A DNA stretch of 64,000 nt, taken from the NCBI GenBank assembly GCA_965213705.1, contig OZ243913.1, positions 512,001 through 576,000 on the forward strand, in the 5' to 3' direction. The position numbers and the translations under genes are program-made. The stretch comes from Trueperaceae bacterium. Its GTDB lineage: Bacteria; Deinococcota; Deinococci; Deinococcales; Trueperaceae. The notes beneath the pieces are model-generated. The model was not told where the DNA came from. It saw nothing but the letters and a program-made list of their open reading frames with translations, and made no database searches. Positions 57,613 to 64,000 of the stretch are shown one piece after another (within the stretch, counting starts at the first letter, position 1; the number at the start of each line of letters is the position of its first letter).

Positions 57613-57633
57613 TACTGACATAACGTTGTCACT
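57613..57633. promoter_or_regulatory. Putative WYL-regulator operator upstream of the VOC gene
   Basis: tacTGACA-taacgt-TGTCAct inverted repeat resembling DriD/YafY-type sites. Confidence 0.6.
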
Positions 57634-57708
57634 CGCCTACCTTAAATTTATAGGTGGATGGGCAAGAGCAAAAGAAGCTCTAAACCTTCCCCATCCCGGA
57701 GGATAAAC

Positions 57709-58080
57709 ATGACAAACGCACTCAACTGGTTCGAGATTCCTGTAACCGACATCGACAGGGCAAAAGCCTTTTACGGCGAGGTACTGGGCAGCGAGCTGAA
57801 GGCTTTTGCTATTGATGAACTGGGCGGCAGAACTGAAATGATGTTGCCCTACCAGGACGGTGTCGGCGGCGCGCTGGTGCAGCACGACGACTACATTCCC
57901 AGTCAAGAGGGAAGCGTCGTTTACTTAAACGGCGGCGACGACCTGAGCGTGCCTCTCGGCAAGGTCGAGGCAGCAGGAGGCAAAGTCCTGGCGGACAAGA
58001 TGAGCATCGGCGAGAACGGTTTTATCGCTTTCTTTCTAGATACCGAGGGCAACAAGGTCGGCTTGCATTCGATGAGCTGA
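57709..58080 (+). CDS. VOC/glyoxalase family protein
   Basis: 'NWFEIPVTDIDRAKAFY', 'AAGG', 'F.DTEGN.VGL'; GGAGG SD. Confidence 0.93.
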   Translation: MTNALNWFEIPVTDIDRAKAFYGEVLGSELKAFAIDELGGRTEMMLPYQDGVGGALVQHDDYIPSQEGSVVYLNGGDDLSVPLGKVEAAGGKVLADKMSIGENGFIAFFLDTEGNKVGLHSMS

Positions 58081-58098
58081 AAAACTTCTTCAAATGAG

Positions 58099-58132
58099 TC
58101 CCCGCAGTCTTTCGTTAGGCTGCGGGATTTTT
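58099..58132 (+). terminator. Intrinsic terminator
   Basis: cccgcagtct-ttcgtt-aggctgcggg followed by attttt. Confidence 0.7.
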
Positions 58133-58209
58133 ATGCCATCGTTCGCGTGAGAGAGACTATTTGGGTAAGTGAGTGCGCTAAACTGGCGAGAATTAGCGGA
58201 GGAGAACCT

Positions 58210-59187
58210 ATGTCAACAAGCCCTGTCAGCCAGTTTTTAAAACGCCACTATCGCCACTTCAACGCCGCCGCCCTCATTGACGCCGCCGCAGCGTACACGA
58301 CTCACTTGGACAACGGCGGCAAAATGATGGTCACGCTCGCCGGGGCCATGAGCACTGCCGAACTCGGGCTGTCGCTGGCCGAGATGATTCGCCGGGACAA
58401 GGTTCACATCATCTCTTGCACCGGGGCGAACCTCGAGGAGGACATCTTCAACCTCATCGCGCACGACTATTACGAGCGCCTGCCGAACTGGCGCGACCTA
58501 ACGCCGCAGGAGGAGCAGGGTTTGCTCGAGCGCCACATGAACCGCGTCACCGACACCACCATCCCCGAAGAAGAAGCGATGCGCCGCCTCGAGAAAGCCC
58601 TCGTGGACGAATGGGCGAAGGCTGATAAAGCAGGAGAGAGCTACTTCCCGCACGAGTTTCTTTACAAACTCATCCGCTCGGGCGCGCTAAAAGAACACTA
58701 CCAAATTGACCCCCAAGACTCTTGGATGGTCGCCGCGTGTGAAAAAAACCTGCCCATCGTCGTGCCCGGTTGGGAGGACTCGACCACCGGCAACATGTAC
58801 GCCTCGCACTGCATCACGGGTGAAGTCAAAAACGTCCACACCGTCAAAACGGGCATCCAGTACATGATTGAACTCGCCGACTGGTACACGCAGACCGCCG
58901 GGGAGAGCAGCGTCGGCTTTTTTCAAATCGGCGGCGGCATCGCCGGGGACTTCCCGATTTGCGTCGTGCCGATGCTCCATCAGGACTTGCAGCGTGACAA
59001 CGTGCCGATGTGGGGCTACTTTTGCCAAATCAGCGATTCGACCACGAGCTACGGCAGTTACTCGGGCGCGGTGCCGAACGAGAAAATCACCTGGGGCAAG
59101 CTGAATGTGGACACGCCGAAGTACATCATCGAGTCGGACGCGACGATTGTTGCGCCGCTGATGTTTGCACTGATTTTGGGGGAGTAA
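58210..59187 (+). CDS. Deoxyhypusine synthase-like protein (probable homospermidine synthase, SpeY-type)
   Basis: 'HFNA', 'LAGAMSTAELG', 'CTGANLEED', 'IGGG', 'GSYSGA.PNEKITWGK', 'SDATI'. Confidence 0.88.
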   Translation: MSTSPVSQFLKRHYRHFNAAALIDAAAAYTTHLDNGGKMMVTLAGAMSTAELGLSLAEMIRRDKVHIISCTGANLEEDIFNLIAHDYYERLPNWRDLTPQEEQGLLERHMNRVTDTTIPEEEAMRRLEKALVDEWAKADKAGESYFPHEFLYKLIRSGALKEHYQIDPQDSWMVAACEKNLPIVVPGWEDSTTGNMYASHCITGEVKNVHTVKTGIQYMIELADWYTQTAGESSVGFFQIGGGIAGDFPICVVPMLHQDLQRDNVPMWGYFCQISDSTTSYGSYSGAVPNEKITWGKLNVDTPKYIIESDATIVAPLMFALILGE

Positions 59188-59308
59188 GAGACAAATTTTA
59201 GTTTGCTGACAGGTTTAGTGCAAGGATAATAAGGTTATTTTCACCATAAAGGCATTCCAGGTCTCATGAGATGATATGAGTTTATATAAGAAATAGCTAG
59301 GAGTTTGT

Positions 59309-60106
59309 ATGTCCTATCAAGCCACCGTGATCAACATCATGATTGCCTCACCAGGTGATGTTACAGATGAAAGACAAAAGATTCGTGATGTTGTTTTTGA
59401 GTGGAATGTCACACACGCTGAGGACAAAAAGTTGGTACTCATGCCAGTCGGATGGGATTCGCATTCTACTCCTGAAATGGGTAGAAGACCTCAAGCGATT
59501 ATTAACGAACAAGTATTGAATAGGTGTGACTTGTTAGTTGCGGTTTTTTGGACGCGACTTGGTAGTCCTACAGGTGAATCAACCAGTGGTACTGTTGAGG
59601 AAATTGACAGACACCTAGAAGCGGGAAAACCGGCAATGCTTTATTTCTCAAACACCCCTGTCCGACTTGATAGTGTGGTGGATGAACAGTATCATGCTCT
59701 GAAAGCATTTCGTAAAAATTGTGAAAAACGCGGTCTTATTGAAACCTATGGATCCATTCAAGAATTTCATGACAAATTTACTCGACAACTTACACAAAAA
59801 GTTAATCGTATGTTTGCTGGACCTGTTGAAATACCCAAACTATCGGATGAAGCTCGAACATTACTACTGGAGGCGTCTCAGGACAATGGAATCATTTTCT
59901 GTCTCCTTACAATGGATGGTTTGGATATTCAGGCAAATGGAAAGCAGATGACTGAGGCAGGCAACGCACGTTCCGAGGCAAAGTGGAAGTCTGCTCTCGA
60001 AAATCTACTTCTGTTAGGGCTTATCGAATCGAAGGATAGTATGGAAGAGGTTTTTGGACTGACTTATGAGGGCTTCGAAGTAGCGGATAGTTTTGCTGAG
60101 TTATGA
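59309..60106 (+). CDS. DUF4062-domain protein with a C-terminal winged-helix-like region; low GC
   Basis: 'IMIASPGDV..ER', 'RPQ.IIN', 'CDLLVAVFWTRLGSPT...SGT.EEI'; AT-rich codons. Confidence 0.8.
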   Translation: MSYQATVINIMIASPGDVTDERQKIRDVVFEWNVTHAEDKKLVLMPVGWDSHSTPEMGRRPQAIINEQVLNRCDLLVAVFWTRLGSPTGESTSGTVEEIDRHLEAGKPAMLYFSNTPVRLDSVVDEQYHALKAFRKNCEKRGLIETYGSIQEFHDKFTRQLTQKVNRMFAGPVEIPKLSDEARTLLLEASQDNGIIFCLLTMDGLDIQANGKQMTEAGNARSEAKWKSALENLLLLGLIESKDSMEEVFGLTYEGFEVADSFAEL

Positions 60107-60268
60107 CACGACTATCTTGCATGATGGGTAGAACAAAGAAAATCATTGTTGACTTGTTGGGCTTCTACGACCTCGAGCCCTCCATCCTTCTCACTCCGCG
60201 AGCCTTGCCGTCAACCTGCTTCGCTCATGCTTCTTCCCCGGTACAATAGATTCAAAAGGAGGTTGCCG

Positions 60269-60487
60269 ATGACACGCCTTTTGGAAAAAGCCTTCGCAGA
60301 AGCCTCGCGTTTGCCCGAGCGCGAGCAGGACGCCATCGCCGAAATCGTGTTGGCCGAACTTGCCTCTGAAGAGCGTTGGAACGAGCTTTTTGAAAAGTCG
60401 CAGAACGCCCTTGCCGAACTCGCGGAAGAAGCCTTGGCCGAGTACCGGGCGGGAAAAACCAAGCCCCTCAACGTTGACGATTTGTGA
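60269..60487 (+). CDS. Putative antitoxin
   Basis: 'MTRLLEKAF..A..LP..EQD.IA...W...F..S...L..LA.EA..E'; AGGAGG SD; overlaps the toxin start. Confidence 0.8.
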   Translation: MTRLLEKAFAEASRLPEREQDAIAEIVLAELASEERWNELFEKSQNALAELAEEALAEYRAGKTKPLNVDDL

Positions 60488-60750
60488 ACCGAACGACTGA
60501 CAAATTTTGGAAGCTGTACGCGCGGCTGGACAGGACGACGAAAGAGCAAGCTCGAGCCGCTTATCGGTTACTTGAGCAAAACCCTCAGCATCCGAGTTTG
60601 CAGTTCAAAAAAGTTCATGGCAAACTGCCCGTCTATTCAGCGCGAATCAACCTGAACCACCGCGCTGTAGGGATTCGTGAAGGTGAAGACATCATCTGGT
60701 TCTGGGTTGGCCCGCATGACGAGTATGAGAAGCTGCTTGCTCGACTTTAG
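60484..60750 (+). CDS. RelE/ParE-like toxin
   Basis: 'FWKLY', 'NPQHPSLQFKK', 'SARI', 'WFWVGPHDEY'. Confidence 0.85.
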   Translation: MNRTTDKFWKLYARLDRTTKEQARAAYRLLEQNPQHPSLQFKKVHGKLPVYSARINLNHRAVGIREGEDIIWFWVGPHDEYEKLLARL

Positions 60751-60783
60751 CAAGCTAAATCATGCAGCGCCGTCAACTGAGGA

Positions 60784-61275
60784 CTACTTTTGCACCTCAT
60801 AACTTTTTGAACCCTCGAGCACTTTCTCCAAAGCAAACAACAACTCGTAAAGCTTTTCTAAACGCTCGCTCCCAAAAGCCTCTTCTATTTCTGAATAGCG
60901 CGCCTCGAGCCGCGGCATAATTTCTCTTGTAAGTTCGCGTGCTTGGTCGCTTAAAGAGATGAGCGAACTGCGCTGGTCTTGGGTGTTGGCGTCCCGCTGC
61001 ACCAGACCTCGAGCCTCGAGCCGCTTGACAATGCCCGACATGCTCGGCAGCAAAATGTGACACCGCTGGGCAAGGGTCGAAATGTCGAGCGCGTCGGCGT
61101 CGTTTAGCGCGCGGACGACCCGCCACTGCGGTTCGGTAAGGTCGTATTCGGCCAAGAGCGGGCGAAACCGGGTCATGGCGGCGTCTCGTGCGCGTAACAA
61201 CGCCATCGGCAACGAATTATCGAAGGTGGGAAGCGTGGGCCGCATCGGTTTCGGTAAGGTAACGGTTTCAGGCAT
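60784..61275 (-). CDS. hpaR: Homoprotocatechuate operon repressor (MarR family)
   Basis: 'SLPMALLRAR.A.M..FRP.L...LTE.QWRV.RAL', 'ILLPS..GI..RLE'; divergent from hpa genes. Confidence 0.9.
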   Translation of the reverse strand: MPETVTLPKPMRPTLPTFDNSLPMALLRARDAAMTRFRPLLAEYDLTEPQWRVVRALNDADALDISTLAQRCHILLPSMSGIVKRLEARGLVQRDANTQDQRSSLISLSDQARELTREIMPRLEARYSEIEEAFGSERLEKLYELLFALEKVLEGSKSYEVQK

Positions 61276-61319
61276 AGCGAGACTCCTCGAGCGAGCCTCT
61301 ACAAAAGGGGTCTGACCCA

Positions 61320-61356
61320 TTGACAGGGGCGGCGCAACTATTTAACATGTTAACTA
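61320..61356 (+). promoter_or_regulatory. hpa promoter overlapped by a palindromic operator (likely HpaR site)
   Basis: TTGACA(61320)-N17-TAACAT(61343); palindrome TTAACATGTTAA at 61342-61353. Confidence 0.75.
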
Positions 61357-61389
61357 TAAGCTAACACAGCCACCGACACGTCTGCAACG

Positions 61390-62307
61390 ATGGAGGAGAA
61401 AATGCGTTTACCCAAAGGTTCCCTGGTCCCCTTACCGACCCCGTTCACCGGCTCCGACAACCGCATCGACGAGGCGGCGCTGGGCGAGATTATCGAGTTC
61501 CAAATCCGTGAAGGCTCCCACAGCCTCGGCTGCACGGGCACGACGGGTGAGCCGTCATCGCTCTCATTAGACGAGCGCAAGCACGTCACCGAGTTCGTGC
61601 TTCAAACCGTGAATGGCCGCGTCCCGGTGATGCCGGGGACGGGAACGACGAACTTCGACGAGACGTTGGAGCTTACCCGCCACGCCGTTCAAGCGGGCGC
61701 GGACGCGGTGCTCGTCATCAGCCCGTACTACATCAAGCCGAACCAGAACAATTTGCTCGAGTATTTTACGGCGGTTGCTAAGAGCGTTCCCGACACGCCC
61801 GTGATGCTCTACAACATTCCGGGCCGCACCGCGGTCAACATCGAGCCCAAAACCATCGGGCGCTTGCGCGAGGCGTGTCCGAACATTTTGGGCGTGAAAC
61901 ACGCGACGAAGAACTTGGACGACGTGAGTTACACCTTCGTCTATGCCGGGCGCGACTTCGGCGTGTACTGCGGCGCGGAGACGATGACCTATCCGATGCT
62001 CGCTTTGGGCGGCGCGGGCCACGTGAGCGCGACGGGCGTGATTGCACCCAAAAAAATCGCCGAGCTTTACAACCTCGCCGCGGCGGGCGAGTGGGACAAG
62101 GCGAGAGACCTGCACTTCGAGATGCTCGAGCTGAACGACATCCTCTTTATCGAAACGAATCCGGTGCCGCTGAAAACCGCGCTCGCGATGATGGGTTTGT
62201 GCGAAGCGCAGTGGCGGCTGCCCCTCGGCCCGATGCTCCCGGAAAACGAGGCGCGGCTCAAAAAGACGCTGGCGAAGTACGGGATTCTCGAGCGGGTGGC
62301 GGCGTGA
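61390..62307 (+). CDS. hpaI: DapA-like 2,4-dihydroxyhept-2-enedioate aldolase
   Basis: 'GTTGEP', 'PYYIKPNQ', 'YNIPGRT', 'ETNPVP.K'; hpa context. Confidence 0.8.
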   Translation: MEEKMRLPKGSLVPLPTPFTGSDNRIDEAALGEIIEFQIREGSHSLGCTGTTGEPSSLSLDERKHVTEFVLQTVNGRVPVMPGTGTTNFDETLELTRHAVQAGADAVLVISPYYIKPNQNNLLEYFTAVAKSVPDTPVMLYNIPGRTAVNIEPKTIGRLREACPNILGVKHATKNLDDVSYTFVYAGRDFGVYCGAETMTYPMLALGGAGHVSATGVIAPKKIAELYNLAAAGEWDKARDLHFEMLELNDILFIETNPVPLKTALAMMGLCEAQWRLPLGPMLPENEARLKKTLAKYGILERVAA

Positions 62308-63101
62308 AGCGGGCGCGGTTCATATCAAAAGGGAGAGAACTCGAGGGCGTGCTGCAAGACGGCCGCCTCATCGACCACGCGGGCGAGGCGCACGACCCCG
62401 AGGCGGTGACGTGGCGCTTGCCGGTCACGCCGGGCAAGGTCATCGCGCTGGCGCTGAACTACCGCGACCATGCGGCTGAACTCGAGCTTGCCCAGCCCGA
62501 AGACCCCGCGCTGTTCTGGAAACCCAACACCTCGCTGCTGCCGCACCGGGGCACCGTCATCTACCCGCAGGGCGCACAGTTCATGCACTACGAGGTCGAA
62601 CTCGCGGTCATCATCGGCCGCAACGCGCGGCGGGTGAAAGCGAAGGACGCCTACGACTACGTCGGCGGCTACAGCGTCGCTAATGACCTCGTCGTGCGCG
62701 ACTACGTGACGAACACCTACCGCCCGCCGATTCGCGGCAAGGGGTGGGACACCTTCGGGCCGCTCGGGCCTTACTACGTGAGCACGGACGAAGTGACAGA
62801 CCCCGACAACCTCACCCTGCGCGCTTTTGTGAACGACGAACTGCGCCAGGAGGGCAACACGAGCGACATGATTTACAAGATTCCCGAACTGCTCGAGTAC
62901 ATCAGCCGCTTTATGACCCTCGAGAAAGACGACGTGCTCCTCACCGGCACGCCCAAGGGGATTTCGCACGTGCATCCGGGCGACACCATGCGCTTGGAGG
63001 TCGAAGGTTTGGGCGAACTCGTCAACGATGTGATGATGGAAACCGAGGATGCCGAGCCGCTACTCGGGCGCGAAGGGAATCGACAAGAGGTGAAAGCATG
63101 A
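62304..63101 (+). CDS. Fumarylacetoacetate hydrolase family isomerase/decarboxylase (HpaG-like)
   Basis: 'ALNY..H', 'HYEVELAV', 'AND', 'KGWDTFGPLGP', 'TGTPKG'; GTG 62304 overlaps the upstream stop. Confidence 0.88.
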   Translation: MKRARFISKGRELEGVLQDGRLIDHAGEAHDPEAVTWRLPVTPGKVIALALNYRDHAAELELAQPEDPALFWKPNTSLLPHRGTVIYPQGAQFMHYEVELAVIIGRNARRVKAKDAYDYVGGYSVANDLVVRDYVTNTYRPPIRGKGWDTFGPLGPYYVSTDEVTDPDNLTLRAFVNDELRQEGNTSDMIYKIPELLEYISRFMTLEKDDVLLTGTPKGISHVHPGDTMRLEVEGLGELVNDVMMETEDAEPLLGREGNRQEVKA

Positions 63102-64000
63102 GTGTCGTGACGATAACGAAAGCCGGAATTGCGCAGGAGAGGGCTCGAGGCTACCTGGACAAACTTGCTGAAAAAGGCATCCGCCACCTCATCGACGGCG
63201 AGCACGTCGGCTCGGTCTCGGGGGAGACGTTCGACAACGCGACGCCACTCGACGATTCGACGCTGTGCAAGGTCGCCTCCGGTGGCGCTGAAGATGTCGA
63301 TAAAGCTGCGCAGGCGGCCCGCGACGCCTTCCCCGCCTGGCGCGACCTGCCCGCGACAGAGCGCCGCGAACTGCTCCACCGCGTCGCCGACCTTATAGAA
63401 GCACACGCCGAAGAAATCGCCCTTTTAGAAGTCCTCGACACCGGCCAGCCGATTCGTTTTATGAGCAAGGCAGCCTTGCGCGGCGCGCAGAACTTCCGCT
63501 TTTTCGCCGACAAGTGCGAAGAGGCGCGCAACGGCCTGAGCCTGCCGACCGAGGAGTTTTTGAACTACACGCTGCGCCAACCCATCGGGCCGGTCGGGAT
63601 TATCACGCCCTGGAACACGCCCTTTATGCTCTCGACCTGGAAAATTGCCCCAGCGCTCGCCGCGGGCTGCACCGTCGTCCACAAACCCGCCGAGTTCAGC
63701 CCGGTCACGGCGTTGCGGCTGCACGAAATCATGCTCGAGGCCGGGATTCCCGCAGGCGTCACCAACCTCGTCAACGGCTACGGCGAAACGGCGGGCAAGG
63801 CCCTTACCGAGCACCCCGACATCAAAGCGGTCGCTTTTGTCGGCGAAAGCCTCACGGGTTCGCACATCATGGCGCAGGGTGCGCCGACGCTGAAGCGGGT
63901 TCACTTCGAACTCGGTGGCAAGAATCCGGTGGTGGTGTTCGAGGATGCGGACTTGGAGCGCGCCCTCGACGCGGTCGTTTTCATGATTTACAGCCTCAAC
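63098..64000 (+). CDS. hpaE: 5-carboxymethyl-2-hydroxymuconate semialdehyde dehydrogenase (3' truncated by window edge)
   Basis: translated by hand from ATG 63098: 'DTGQPIRFM', 'ITPWNTPFMLSTWKIAPALA', 'FELGGKNP', 'IYSLN'. Confidence 0.9.
   Translation, partial: MSVVTITKAGIAQERARGYLDKLAEKGIRHLIDGEHVGSVSGETFDNATPLDDSTLCKVASGGAEDVDKAAQAARDAFPAWRDLPATERRELLHRVADLIEAHAEEIALLEVLDTGQPIRFMSKAALRGAQNFRFFADKCEEARNGLSLPTEEFLNYTLRQPIGPVGIITPWNTPFMLSTWKIAPALAAGCTVVHKPAEFSPVTALRLHEIMLEAGIPAGVTNLVNGYGETAGKALTEHPDIKAVAFVGESLTGSHIMAQGAPTLKRVHFELGGKNPVVVFEDADLERALDAVVFMIYSLN

Noticed and set aside
61390..62307. dapA (lysine biosynthesis)
   Set aside because: Position between hpaR and hpaG/hpaE-like genes favours the DapA-like HpaI aldolase
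1..64000. CRISPR array, cas genes, rRNA or tRNA
   Set aside because: No repeat-spacer periodicity, cas motifs or recognisable structural RNA genes seen by eye; a covariance scan was not run

Overview
A GC-rich bacterial chromosomal window, most likely Deinococcota (Trueperaceae-like). This is inferred from a Hera-type DEAD-box helicase, a DUF4384-PEGA surface protein, the obg-yqeK-LCP-rsfS order, a DapA-like HpaI and many apparently leaderless genes. Most of it is housekeeping or metabolic: obgE 3' end, yqeK, rsfS, trpF, anmK/murQ cell-wall recycling, bshA, tsaD, a peptide ABC transporter, hisF, a TreS-like enzyme and the start of an hpa operon. It also holds four toxin-antitoxin pairs, one complete IS5 element and a low-GC DUF4062 gene. 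No rRNA, tRNA or CRISPR array was seen. Highlights: (1) a six-gene exopolysaccharide locus at 14.7-22.6 kb that combines a PelF-like GT4, an Agd3-like deacetylase lipoprotein and two GH114/PelA-like hydrolases, with no PelD/E/B/C, so it resembles fungal galactosaminogalactan clusters; (2) strong over-representation of the palindrome CTCGAG (about 135-140 sites by hand count), absent from the recently acquired DNA, reminiscent of cyanobacterial HIP1; (3) six perfect DnaA boxes overlapping the end of trpF, with no dnaA in the window; (4) a Clp-N domain fused to a nucleoside 2-deoxyribosyltransferase-like domain. All family assignments come from motif recognition by eye; no database search was run.
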